Below are positions 13,394-25,731 of a stretch of DNA of 64,000 nucleotides, piece after piece. Both the position numbers and the translations under genes were made by a program. Below the pieces are notes generated by a model. The model was not told the origin of the DNA. It saw only the letters and a list, made by a program, of their open reading frames with translations, and ran no database searches. Origin of the DNA: Paragordius varius. Taxonomy: Eukaryota; Animalia; Nematomorpha. The DNA lies in contig OZ176056.1 in assembly GCA_964247055.1 (NCBI GenBank), forward strand, positions 7,750,001 to 7,814,000, in the 5' to 3' direction. Position 1 is the first letter of the stretch, and the number at the start of each line of letters is the position of its first letter.

Positions 13394-13553
13394 AATTTCA
13401 AAATGATATTTGGATCAAACCTTGGGTTTCTAATGATTATAAATCATTATGTAGGTAAAACCATTCGACTTCTACACGTCTATGACATATATATAACCTG
13501 ACAAGTACTGTAAAATTAGTAATTATACTTCAAACTAACCCTTGATTGATATT

Positions 13554-13774
13554 AACCCTCGAACAATTCAAATTTACCCTAAAATAAATTGTGAGTTTTT
13601 TAAAAATAAATATTACCTATATTTTTTATAGTTTTACAAAATAAAATTTTGTAATTAAAATAGAAATGCAAACTATGCCATAAAGATATGTTTCATATAA
13701 ACAGAAGTTATGTTAGCCCGAAACAATTCGAGTAAATTTTAATTTCAAGGGTGAATTTGAAATTTTCGAGGGTT
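13554..13774. mobile_element. Short MITE (related to 60421-60616)
   Basis: TIR aaccctcgaacaattcaaatttaccct / agggtgaatttgaaattttcgagggtt; interior resembles 60421-60616. Confidence 0.7.
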
Positions 13775-14356
13775 TTGATTAAATTAAGGATGAATGTAAA
13801 TGAATGTCTACAATAAAATAAGCTGTTGAAATATATATCCTGATATGAAAATATATCAGGATTATCATGATTTTGGTTTTGGCCTTTACGATGATAAAAG
13901 TATTTACACTTTTGTGATAAGTAGTCCATAGAACACATTTTTTGTAATAAATTTTTTTGGTAAAAGCTAAATGCTTCATTCCAAATATTACTAAAATATA
14001 TATTACACTAACTATTAAATGCAAACTATATTTTTAAAATACTTTAAATTTCCATATGATGGCTCCGAAAGTCACAAATTATCTTCCAAATTGGGCTGGT
14101 TCTTTTAAAATTAACGCAAAAATGCCGGGATTGCGTGATAAAATTTTTAATATTTGAATATTTTTAAAAAAGTACATCCTTAACAATTTAATTTTTGCCA
14201 AAATAGTGTTTAAGCTTGATACTATTAGGTATGATGGAAACGAAAAAAAACTCTTTAAGATATCATAAAAATACTTTTTATATATTTAATTTGCTTAACA
14301 ATTCTATCAGTTCAGAATTATGATTAGAATGTTTATTTGTCTTCAAATCCGACGTG

Positions 14357-16144
14357 TTATAATTGTAAGATATTTATTTTTTGAGATTCAATTATTAATC
14401 TATCATGCCAATATAATAACCCGTATGTATTTTCAATTTCATTTATAAAACTGTGGAATGGATGTAATATTTTATTGGACCAGTTGTTTGTTCTTAGTGC
14501 CTTTATTACCTGTTTTAATACAGTGTCGGTTTCGATCTGGCTTCTAATATGGTCACGATTTATATTGAATAGATTACTATTGACAAATCTTACATGTTCT
14601 GCTGTTTGAAGGCTTTCTGTGTCTTGTTGTTGTGGTTCTGTCTGCATGCGGGACAATGGATCTGCAATGTTTTCGTGGCAATGTACCGTAGATTGTAATT
14701 AAATTCGCTAGCTTTATATATCCAACGTAGTAGCTTGGAATTATTTATTTGGTCTAATTTACGATTATTTCCAAACAGCTTTGTTAGTAGTTTGTGATCA
14801 GTACGCAGTTCAAACTTCTTCCCCGTAATAAACGTTCTAAATTTTTCAAAAGCGAAAAGTATGGCTTGGGATTCCTTTTCTATCACTGAATAATTTTCTT
14901 CGGGTCTAGACCACTTTCTAGATGCGTAGGCAATGGGTTTATTTGTGTCCTCCTGCGTGGTCTGTAGTAACACTGCTCCGTACCCTTTATTCGAGGGGTC
15001 TGTTTCGATTATAATAGGTAACTCAGGGTTGAACGGAGTTAGTTTAACAGTATGACATATTAATTTTTTGGCTCTGTTAAAACAGTCCTCGTGGTTTTTG
15101 GTCCATATCCAGGGTTTTTTATAACTGCTTAGATCGTGAAGTATAGCCAAACTTCCATGCAATTTCGGGAGGAATCGTGTGTGTAAATTTATTAAGCCTA
15201 AGAAGGACTTGAGTGTTGTTTTGTCAGTGGGTCTTGGGAAGTCTTGTATGGCTTTAACTTTATCGGCAGCTGGTGAAATGCCGTTTTTTGATATAACATA
15301 TCCCAAATAACTTACAGAAGGTTGAAAAAGTTTTAGTTTGCTTTTACTTAATTTTAAACCGGAATCGTCTTAACGCTTAAATACCTTTTCTAAGTTTCTT
15401 TTATGTTCATTTTGGTTTTTTCCTGTTATTAAAATATCGTCTAAATATACAGCTGTTCCTGGGCAGTCACCTAAAATCTTATCCATTAATCTTTGAAAAA
15501 TGCAGGGGGCGCTTGTTAGCCAAAGGGAAGCCTTTTATATGTAAAATACCCTAGAGGTGTGGTAATTGTTAGTAACTTTTGACTTTCTTGATCTATTGGC
15601 AATTGCAGATATGCGTCTTTCAAATCGATTACCGAAAATGATTCTCCTAATCCTATTTTGGAAACTAATTCGTCAAATGTCGGTATATCATGACTATCTA
15701 CTAGATGTGGATTTATTGTAACACAATAATCTGCACATAACCTTAAAGCACCATTCGCTTTTGTTATACAAACAATAGGGGTGGCCCAGGTTAGTTTCTC
15801 AGTTGTAGGGTCTAATGGTTTGATTATGTCCGCTTCTAAACTCTTAATTTCAGAGTCGACTTTTTCTTTTAACGGTATCGGATGCGGCGACACTTAAATA
15901 TTTTTGGTTTTGTATTGTTTTTAAAAACAGTTTGATAGGGGTTCCAGTGAAAGACCCTAACTTTTCACAAAAAAGTAAATTAAATTTATTAACAAGTGAA
16001 TTCACGCCAAAGATTTTGTTTCACTATCGCATTGTACCATGACCATACAACTGCCCTTGGAATTGATTTGTCCACCATAGCTATACAAATCTGGGCCTGT
16101 TTGTTGCAAATCGGGCTCCCCAATTTTTTCCCACGCTTGACAAT
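14357..16144 (-). pseudogene. Gypsy A pol remnant (C-terminal protease, RT, RNase H, start of integrase)
   Basis: WATPIVCITKANGALRLCADY, FSVIDLKDAYLQLP, IIETDPSNKGYGAVL, YSVIEKESQAI, LRTDHKLL, GLLYWHDRLII; broken into several frames. Confidence 0.88.
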
Positions 16145-16380
16145 TGTTAGAGTGGGAACTGACAGGCTAATTTGAATGAATATTTTATTAAACGATTAGA
16201 TTAACCGCACAAACAACATTTGTTATATATTATTTACATTATCCTATTAACATACCTGTGTACTATTATTATATTATTATAACCTCACCACCACTTGTGA
16301 ATATTATTATTATACCTTGAGATAATTGTATATTAGCAAACATCTCACCTTAATATATGTGAATACATTAGACCTAATTA

Positions 16381-16453
<73 letters not shown>

Positions 16454-16527
16454 CATTATATAAACCACCATTCATACAACATATAATAAATTTACCATTA
16501 CCTTTACTTTGTGGTCCCCAGTTATCA
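16145..16527 (+). repeat. 5' LTR of Gypsy B with (TA)~32
   Basis: Direct repeat of 20347-20683; about 14 differences counted by eye in the first ~235 bp. TATAAA and AATAAA near the 3' end. Confidence 0.95.
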
Positions 16528-16545
16528 GTAGTGGCCAAAACGAGT

Positions 16546-17435
16546 ATGGCAGACGAACCAATGAATACCACAGCTCCTCATGCTAGTATTGCGAATTTAG
16601 CCATAGAAAAATACAATGATAATAATAAATTCGAAGACCTCGAGTATATTAGCAACGTACTTGAGGCAAAGGATATTCCGGTGACCGAAAAAACGCTTAA
16701 ATCAACTATACTAGCATATGGCGGATTCATGATAGTAAGAAAGATTAACCATCGTTTATACCCCAAGAAAATAAAAGACGCCACATGGGCGGAGATTACA
16801 GAAACAGGCAAAAAAATATTCAATCCGACAAAATCAAAATTCCAAAGAGGCTGACGCAACGAGGTTGAAAGTTTTACCCAATTCCTTAAGCGTGTCAAGA
16901 TAAAGAAGCTCAATTCACTGAAGCCATAAAACAACGTATTCGTGATGCATTCGTAATAGGACTGCGACAACCTCAACTAGAAATGGATATCCATTCCAGG
17001 TATCCAGATGCTTTGATAAACGGTATTCCTGTCCTATTAGAAACAATCGTAGATCTCGCACTAGCACATGAGGCTGCTAGGGCTGGAATACAGAATAACA
17101 ATAATAGTAATAACAATAGCAATCGATACAGTAACAGCAATAATAATAATATCAATCGGTTACAACATAATAAATCCAATCGACAAACAATAATAAAATC
17201 TTTTACCACATGTAAATATTGCGGCACCACACACCCACTCAACAAGTGTCGAGCCTGGAGACGATCCTGCAACAAATGCGGAAAGCTGAACCATTTTGCT
17301 AGGATGTGTGTGGCCAAAAGACAAAGACCCAATTTCAATGGGCAATTATTGAAGGAAGTCAACGTAGGTCGTAATGCGCTAACTCCCTTACTGATAACAC
17401 TAGTAATAAACGGGTTAAAAAAAGACTTTATTTAA
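16546..17435 (+). pseudogene. Gypsy B gag (frameshifted), Asn-rich linker and CCHC knuckles, start of protease
   Basis: MADEPMN..ILAYGG..; CKYCGTTHPLNKCRAWRRSCNKCGKLNHFARMC; LVINGLKKDFI*DTGSDISV. Confidence 0.88.
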
Positions 17436-17759
17436 GATACCGGTTCGGATATTAGCGTAACAAACTTTTCACGTGGGAAATCGGTAAACTCAAGGTGAGT
17501 CCGACACCCCCAGTAAAATCGTATAACAATACCACAGTGCCAATGATGGGGACAGCAAGTGTCAAGGTCCAGGTAAATGATAAATAAATGGTCGGGGACA
17601 TATGTGTCCTAAGCAAAACGATGGGGATGGCTCCGCTGATCTGTGGAGTGGACGGGATGGCGAAATTCCAGATTGAGATGCCACAGGTTAAAGTTAATTA
17701 TCTTAAATTGAATGAGATTTGTTAAAATTTTAAAAATTTATTCGAAATAAGTTAGGGTG

Positions 17760-20133
17760 TTATAAAGACCCTGTAAAAATTCGCATTGCAGCGAATGCGA
17801 TCCCGAAAGTATGGCCATGTCGCAGGGTGCCTTTTCCATTAAGAGAAAAGGTGGAGAAAGAGCTGACGAGGCTAGAAAAATTAGGCATTTTAGAGCCGGT
17901 GGATCCTAACACCACACCTGTGACATGGGCCAAGCCTACGGCTAATGTATTTAAACCGAATGGCGAATTAAGAATATGTAGTGATTTTCGGGTAACGATT
18001 AATAAGTGTTTGCAAGAAGACTCCCATATAATCCCCACGTTTGTTGAGTTGGTGTCGAAAATAGGTGAAGGTATCACATTCACGAAAATTGATTTAAAAG
18101 ATGCTTACCTCCAGATGCCAGTGGCAGAGAAGTGTCAAGAATTGTTAACTATCTCAACACATAAAGGTTTTTTTAGATACAAACGCATGCCGTTTGGACT
18201 GGCCACGGCACCTATCATCTTCCAAAAAGTGATGGAACAAGTGCTGGCTGAAAGTCCGAGAACTTGCGCACATTTAGATGACGTCCTAGCGACTGGTAGG
18301 ACGGAAAATAAACACATTAACAATTTAAACAACGTATTAAGTCGTCTCGATAAGGCCGGATTTAAATTAAGACAATATAAAATACTGATAGGCGTAGAAT
18401 CAGTAAACCATTTAGGGTTTGAAATATCGAAAAAGGGTATAAGCCCATGTGAAAGCAAAATCAAAGCAATTAAGAAACTAAAGAGGCCTGTAGATAAAAA
18501 GTCATTACGTAGTTTTTTAGGTTTTTGACATTTCATGAACGCTTTATACCAAAATTACAAATGATAGTCGGTCCCTTACATGAATTAACTAGCAAAAATA
18601 CGAGATGGTGTTGGACCGAGAAAAATGAGAAAAGCTGGTTAGCAGCTAAGAATTTGTTAAGCGAAAAAGTGTTTTTAACACCATATAATCCGAATAGGAA
18701 ATTGATAATAGAAACTGATGCGTCAGATTTAGGATTCGGATGTATTTTAAGTCATGAAGTTAATAGTGAAAGGATACCGATAGCGTATGCCTCACAAAAG
18801 TATAGCAACGCTGAAAGGAATTATTCCACTATAGAGAAGGAATTAAAAGCAATATTATTTGCGTTACGAAAGTTTCATAGATGGTAGAAAATTTATAATA
18901 TTAACTGTCCATTTACCTTTAGTAAAGTTAATAAATAGAGATCGAGATTTAAAAGAGATACATAATGCTAAAATACTAAGGTGGATTAATATGATAAATG
19001 AATACGACTTTAAAATAAGTCATCAAAAAGGGGTTCAAAATAGAGCTGATTATTTATCGAGATGGCCGATTGACGAGATCGTTGCCTATGATGAAGATTA
19101 TGCGGTTACCAGATATTTGAGATTTATGAATTGTCATAACGTGCGGTTAAGCAGAGATGAAATTCGAAAAGAAACCACATTAGATTCAGTATTACAAAAA
19201 GTAATTATTAAACAACCATGACTGGAGTTCTCCAGAATTAGAAAAGTTTGTAAATCGTAAAGACGAGTTGGCATATCAATATGGCTTATTAAGTTTAAAT
19301 GATCGGATTGTAATTCCGAAGCCCCTCCAAAAGGAGGTGGTGAGATACCTACACAGTGGTCATAACAACGTAGAGACCATGAAAGCGATGGCCAGATTTA
19401 CGTGTTATTGGCCTGAATTAGAAAATGACCTGGTAAAAGCCAGTAATCAATGCGAATCGTGCCAACGTAGTAGGCCGAATGTTACTCAGAATTCCGCGTA
19501 TCAGTGGGATCATAATGTTGTGTGGGAGCGTTTGCACATTGATATAGTCGGACCGGTAGACGGTTTTTATTGGTTGTTGATAATTGATAGTGCCTTGAAA
19601 TGGGCAGAAGATTTATTTTGAAAAAGGTAACCGCAGCGAATATAATCCACAAAGTAGAAGAAACGTTTGCAAGGTTTGGCTTTGCAAGAGAGATCGTTAG
19701 CGATAACGCTTCGTACTTCAGTAATGAGTACTTTACGTCAACCTTAAGTACGTTAGGGGTGAAACATATTAAGGTTACCCCCTACCATCCTAAGAGTAAT
19801 GGGATGGTAGAAAGGTTAGTAGGTACAATAAAAAATAAATACAAAAGAATAAAAAAGCGTACTCCCCATACCCCCTTAACCTGGTTAAATAGTAGGGTGA
19901 GATTGTTAGATGCACCGGCCCCCCGACGGCAGTTTGCCATTGACCAGGTAATGATTAAAAATGAATTAAGTCCAGGGTGGCGCGCCGGAGAGATTACGGA
20001 CCGTACAGGGTTATTTTCATACAAGGCATGGGACAAGGACCGAGACAAAGTTGTGAGGAAACACGCTGACCAAATAGTACAACAACCACAACCACAGCCG
20101 ACCACTGCAGCAACACAAATGAGGAGGAGGTAA
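17760..20133 (+). pseudogene. Gypsy B pol (RT, RNase H, integrase) with frameshifts
   Basis: LRICSDFR, FTKIDLKDAYLQMP, RMPFGLA, AHLDDVL (YxDD altered), IETDASDLGFG, YSTIEKEL, LHSGHNN..CYWP..CESC, WERLHID, VSDNA, PYHPKSNGMVER. Confidence 0.92.
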
Positions 20134-20346
20134 CCACTGCCACGGATGATGGAACAATCGCCGAAACGCAACTAAACACGATCAATTCAAGGGACGAAAT
20201 CGAACCAATTACTCCGACAGCCTAAATTCCAAATAATGATAATACCCAGAAATCTGAGACAATCTACTTCCCTGCTAAAACACAAGAAGGACGGTACCCG
20301 ACAAGAAGTCGTCAGAAACCTGCCCGCTTTCGTTAGGGGGTAATGA

Positions 20347-20683
20347 TGTTAGAGTGGTAACTGACAGGTTAATTTGAATGAATCTTTTATAACACGATTA
20401 GATTAACCGCACAAACAACATTCGTTATATATTATTACATTAACCTATTAACTTATCTGTGTACTATTATTATATTATTATAACCTCACCACCACTTGTG
20501 AATATCAATATTATACCTTGAGATAATTGTATATAAGCAAACATCTCACCTTGATATATGTGAATACATTAGACCTAATTATCTTAGATATATATATATA
20601 TAGATAGATCATTATATAAACCACCATTCATACAACATATAATAAATTTACCATTACCTTTACTTTGTCGTCCCCAGTTATCA
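20347..20683 (+). repeat. 3' LTR of Gypsy B with (TA)~7
   Basis: TGTTAGAGTGG..CCCCAGTTATCA, matching the 5' LTR. Confidence 0.95.
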
Positions 20684-20689
20684 ATCAAT

Positions 20690-21491
20690 TATAGATAAGC
20701 TTGAACCTGTGTCTATAATGATGCGTATCGGCTTGTCATTTATTGTTATCTTGGGGGTGGATCCAGATTCGACATGCTGAACGTTGCTAATCCTTTTCTT
20801 CTAACAGCACGGTTGGAAGTGATTCCAGCCTTGGCACTTATAACATTGTTTGCCCCAAGCTGGGCATCTGCCGGGTGCATGACCTAACCCGCAGAATCGA
20901 CACATGTTTTGGTATTTCCGAACTGTAGTCTGCTATATCTGGCCATCTATTGTTGTTATTTGATGTGCTTTTTCATAGTTGAGGGCAATGTCTACCACTT
21001 GTTTGAGCGTTACAGCTTCGTTTCCCCACATGGCATCGGGGAATCTAGTAAATAGATCTAGTTCTAATTTTTCCACTCCCAGGCCTGCAATGAACACGTC
21101 GCGCCTTTTTTCATCGATGTCAAGCTTGAAGTTGCATTTTGTGGCTTTGGCTTTGACTCGTAAAAGAAATTCCGTAAATGTTTCATTTTCTTTCCGACGG
21201 AGTTTTACGAAATTGAATCCGGCCTGGAATATGTTGGTCCTATTCGATTCGTAAATTTTCCTACCGGCTAATGATGTCCGGTCAGGAGGTATTATCAAGC
21301 GAATTTGGGAAAATGAATTGTTGGAATTTCTTTGTGACCGACATTCCTGCGTAAGCGAGAAATAACGTTTTGCAATTTCTATCGTTTGCCGTCATGTTTT
21401 TTTGCAGCTAACGTTCGCTGAATGTACGAAACTTATCGGTCAAAATTTTCCTTTTCATCAAAACTTTCCAGAGAAATTTTTGTCAGGTTCA
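20690..21491 (-). pseudogene. Gypsy A gag and N-terminal half of protease
   Basis: ORF 20933-21298 (FTEFLLRVKAKATKCNF..RDVFIAGL), knuckle CGLGHAPGRCPAWGKQCYKCQGWNHFQPCC, then IIDTGSSLSIID. Confidence 0.85.
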
Positions 21492-21503
21492 TTATCGCGC
21501 CAA

Positions 21504-21741
21504 TGATAGAAGTAAGGTTATATAACACAGAATGATAGAAGTAAAGATATATTAAACAGAAAACATTTATTAAAATACCAGAAATCAAACATGTTTGTAT
21601 GATATTATAATACAGCAATTATATACTATCTATTTTGCTTGAAGCTACAATTAACATTAACTAGGTGTATCACAAAGAGTTATAGGTGTTTACAATTTTA
21701 TAGGTGCGTTTGTGTCTACGACAGTAGGATCTAACTTAACA
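21504..21741 (-). repeat. 5' LTR of Gypsy A (no partner seen)
   Basis: TG..CA boundaries on the minus strand, followed after 1 nt by TGGCGCGA and the gag ATG. The upstream boundary is inferred without a second LTR. Confidence 0.65.
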
Positions 21742-22067
21742 TAAGCTCAAATTTGCTAAAAATTAAATTTTTTTAAAATTCATTTTTCAAAAAATATTTT
21801 TTATTCAAAATAGTGAATAATTAATTTTTTCATCTCGCGATCCCGGAATTTTTGCGTTTATTTAAGAGAACTAGACTATTTAGAAGAGCAAAAATTGGTA
21901 CTTTTGGAGCCAAAATCTTAAATTTTTATTAAAATTATTAATTTGATTTTTATTGGGTAATATATTTTAGTATTTTTTAAATAAAGCATTTATCTTTCAC
22001 AAGAAAATTTTTTTAAAAAAAATATACGTAAATTTTCCAATTTACTGATATGGAGCACAAAAGTGTG

Positions 22068-22305
22068 AATGTGTGTGTGTGTGTTGCTGCAGTCGAAGTC
22101 GATTATTTGCAATGTAAATAAAACTTATCCATAAATTGCGGTTTTTAGTTTAAATGTTGAGTTGGGTTTCTTATTGAATATTGTCCATCCACCTTATCCT
22201 TCCTCGGCCCCTTTTATTGTACGCTAACTTTACCCAACATCAAGGACTTTTCCAGTGAATGATCTCATAATGTGGCCAAAGTAGGATGTGAATACCTTTT
22301 TCAGC
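22068..22305 (-). mobile_element. RTE-clade LINE 3' fragment with (CA)n tail
   Basis: Minus-strand YFGHIMRS / SLEKSLMLGKVS / RWMDNI; ends cgactgcagcaacacacac. Same family as 29545-29950. Confidence 0.7.
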
Positions 22306-23890
22306 TCACTCGTAAGGACCAAACATGCCTGGTATATTTTCCTATCAGAATATATATTTCATCAGGTTATTGTTTTATATCCCCCGATTAAGGACGCAGT
22401 GTATATTATAAGACATATTTAGGAATTTTTTTTAACTTCTGCATTCGCAAACTTGCAAAAAATTTTGACTAATGCACAATTTCTTACAAATATTTGTTGG
22501 GCCTCATAAGTCTTTCAGAAAGGATCAACCTTTTTCAAATAATGGTATACACTTTTGTATTTTGGAAATGGTTCATTTAATTTAAATGTATTTACAGATT
22601 CTCAAAATGAAAACATAATCAACGTTTCCTTATTAATTCGGGGTTTTCCTAAAATTTTTTGATATCAGTATGCTTTTTATTCTCAACATTAAATTAAAAA
22701 CTTTATTGTAGTGGAAAGTATATGGGTGTCATTTAAATGTTTGCCAAATGCCAATAAAGATGGCGCCCGGTCAATGAATCATCAATTAAAGCCCGTGTTA
22801 CGCGCATTATCACCGATTGACATTTTAACAACACTTTTTATTTCGATATAATTAAAATAATAGTCCCTTGAAAGGCTGTACAAGCTGCAAAGAGTCCGGT
22901 TCCTGATAAATACAATATTAAATAAAAAATAATATTAAATGAAAAACTTTTAAAAACCCTTATCTTTGCCCTTTTACAGGCGATCGCAGAGCTTTTATAA
23001 AGCCCTGTTTAAAAGGTTGTTGAAATAATTACACTATTATCAGGCATTTGATAAATCAATTATTTTCTATTGAGAGTCTAAAAAAGATCGGAAATATAAA
23101 CTTTTCGCTAAATATATATTTATACCTATTGTTATAAATTATAATCATCTCCAAAGAAAAAGGCGGCAAAAAGTAATGAGGGTCTTTTTAGTTTACGTTT
23201 TTAACTAATTATTATTCATGTACATCGGGTGATAATGCACATATTTAAATGCCCAATATTTTAATATTTTTATAATTATCGAATTTCACATGGTTCTTGG
23301 GTAATCCAAAATGCAGTTACATATCTAAATATATCTGCATCGACTCAACATTTTTAAATTTGATATGGGGAGTAATTAGTGTTCCAAATAAATATACAGT
23401 AACTATTAATAAAAGATGTAAAACTATCAAATAATTTTTATTTTAAAATTTTAGTTAAGTAACCCATATTAGCGGGTCCAAAAATAGAGACTCTTGGATA
23501 TTAAAAAATTAAATATTGAGTTTTGTTTTCCTTTTTAATTAGATATATTTCAATAATTAAAATTTTTTTGCCTTAGTAGTTAAAAAAGATTAATTAAAAT
23601 GGGTCTTCCAACTCTTTGATATTGATTTGCTCTTTTCTTATTAATTCAATATATAAGAATTTAATATATATTTTTTTCATCGAAAATTAATTTAAAGTAT
23701 CTTATAGTGTTTTCCTCTTATTTTTGTACAAGGTGCTATATTTTGATGCTTCATTAAAAATATATTTTTAGACAGAATAATGGTTTTATAATAGAATAAT
23801 ATATCCATATATCGTCCAAAATGATTTCACTCACCATACTTTGGGTTTTTATTTAATTTTTTTTACCGGGCAAATATATTTGCAGTTTTA

Positions 23891-25731
23891 ATGAATCAAC
23901 TTTTTAAGGATTTGCAAAATAAAAAAAAGTTTCTAAACACATGCTTAATGAATGATCATACTGTCTACATCTTGAGCAATGTGTTTGGATGGATTTATTT
24001 TGTTGCCTGGTCTATCTCATTTTATCCCCAAATATACACTAATCTGAAACGCAAAAGGTTAATCAAAAATTTTACCTTATTAGTGTTATTGGACTGAATC
24101 TCGATTTTGTTGCTTTGAACATAACCGGTTTTCTAACTTATTCTATATACAATGTGGGAACTTACATTATTTATCAAGTATAATTTACATCTATCAAATT
24201 TAGATAATTATTAAATCTAAACCGCCATTAGAAATAAATGATATAGTATTTGGTGTTCATGCATTTATTGCCTCAACGGCTATCGGAATTCAATCCTGCA
24301 TATACGAGGTTATATTATAATCTAAATTAATTTTATTTATAATTAAATTATATTTAATCGAAATATTTGATGTGCCTTACATTGCATGACCTTCATATGG
24401 TCCGCGAGCTCAATTTTATAAATAAACTACTTTTTAAAGTTAATTTAATCAAAATTTAAATATCAAATATTTTTCTCATTCATGAGAAAATACTTTATAC
24501 TTTTTGCAATAAAGTGACTAGCCTCTACAATTGGGATAGCTCCACAATTTAAACAAACAGCTGATATAAAAATTAATATATATCAAGTTTTTACCTGTGA
24601 AATATACCAAGGAAACTTTGTAGATATTCACATCTCTAATAATATGCATTTATTTGTCTGTTCACTAGCGAATAAAATAAATGGCGGCTAAAAAGTCGAG
24701 ATGAGGGTTTTTTTTAATTTTATATTTTTTTAAAAAAAAATTGTGGTTCATCTAAAAGGTTAAAGTAGGCACATTTAAATTTATACCTAATATACTTTTT
24801 AAGGCATAAAAATTTCATTCTTTGGGATATGAAACCCCAAAAAGTCATTTTGAAAAAGAAACTCGAATTTGACTGTTTCTAGCCTTTTAATTAGTGTAAA
24901 TTGTTAATAATATCTAGGATGGCGATGGATTGCAAATTCACATTCTATTTGTGTTAAAATTTAGGGGTATTTTAAAATTATATATTACATAATTTGTAAC
25001 AGAGAGGAAATCAACGCATAACAAAAACTACGATATTAATTCTGGTTTGTTTTGCAATAGTCATATTAATTAGCTCAATTGTGTTTCTAATCCACTCAAT
25101 TACCGCACTCAGTTATCTTCTTATGTTTTCTTACATCAAACTTGTGATTACATTAATCAAATACGTTCCACAAGTGTACATGAATTATAAACGAAAATCA
25201 ACGGTTGGCTGGAATATAGGTGGTGTTTTTCTGGATACGATTGGGGGCATTTTTAGTTTGGCTCAATCTATTTTAGTGGGCTGTTTTGATCCCACCAAAA
25301 AAACTCGAAAATTGGAAAATCATCTTATTGTCCAATCTCTAACTCTTGAAAGTTTTAATAATTTGCTGTCCACAAGGTCTTCTTTTCCTTATGAAGTATT
25401 TCGGAAGGCTGATGAAAAGAATTGCATCATAAACATACTACAAACCAATCCTTCAAAAATAGCTTTGAGTTTGTTTTCATTGTCACTTGATGCAATTTTC
25501 TACCTTCAACACTATGGATTATATGCCTCAAACTCAAACACAATCGCACATTCACCCCTAAACAATAATGAAGATAGCAATAATATAAATCAAAATGACA
25601 ACCTTTGTCCGGAGGATGCCCAACCTTGTCTGAATGCTGTAAACATGAATTTCGAAACGAATAGCAATATTACGCAGCAGACGATCATTCCAATACCTTT
25701 ACCGTTATCAACAGACGATTCTCATTCATAA
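23891..25731 (+). CDS. CTNS: Cystinosin (lysosomal cystine/H+ symporter, PQ-loop family)
   Basis: Exons 23891 (or 23948)-24057, 24084-24177, 24204-24308 and 25003-25731 give GWIYFVAWSISFYPQ..NLKRKSVIGLNLDFVALNITGF..NDIVFGVHA..YERGNQR..SYIKLVITLIKYVPQVYMNYKRKSTVGWNIG..LDTIGG..QHYGLY. Introns are 26, 26 and 694 nt. The true N-terminus is unresolved. Confidence 0.93.

Larger units (their letters stand above)
16145..20683 (+). mobile_element. Ty3/Gypsy LTR retrotransposon B (Mag-like), two LTRs, degenerate gag-pol
   Basis: TG..CA LTRs at 16145-16527 and 20347-20683, purine tract ttagggggtaatga before the 3' LTR, gag with CCHC knuckles, PR (DTGS), RT, RNase H and integrase. Imperfect TSD ACAAT (16140-44) / ATCAAT (20684-89). 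Confidence 0.95.
14330..21741 (-). mobile_element. Ty3/Gypsy LTR retrotransposon A (Mag-like), 3'-truncated, interrupted in the protease by element B
   Basis: 5' LTR 21741-21504 (TGTTAAG..CTATCA), PBS TGGCGCGA, gag (MNLTKISLESF..LAYAG.., CCHC knuckle ~20830-20900), protease IIDTGSSLSIID|QAWEKIGSP split at 20684/16144, RT (15516-15893), RNase H (14590-15306), start of integrase Zn finger (~14350). No integrase core or 3' LTR. Many stops and frameshifts. Confidence 0.88.
13800..22401. mobile_element. CACTG-terminal TIR element split by Gypsy and LINE insertions (left arm ~13800-14330, right arm 21742-22401)
   Basis: aacgcaaaaatgccgggattgcg (~14113) is inverted to cgcgatcccggaatttttgcgtt (~21836). 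aataagctgttgaaatatatatcctgatatgaaaatatatcagg matches the reverse complement of ~22330-22375. Right end ..gacgcagtg|TA. A less disrupted relative lies at 46527-48682. Confidence 0.65.

Noticed and set aside
16374-16571. ORFs with IYIYIY runs (also 13151, 40275, 59620)
   Set aside because: (TA)n microsatellites read in frame.
16578-21254. Antisense ORFs over the Gypsy elements (16578, 16973, 17760, 18135, 19782, 20979)
   Set aside because: Shadow frames of gag-pol with no independent motifs.
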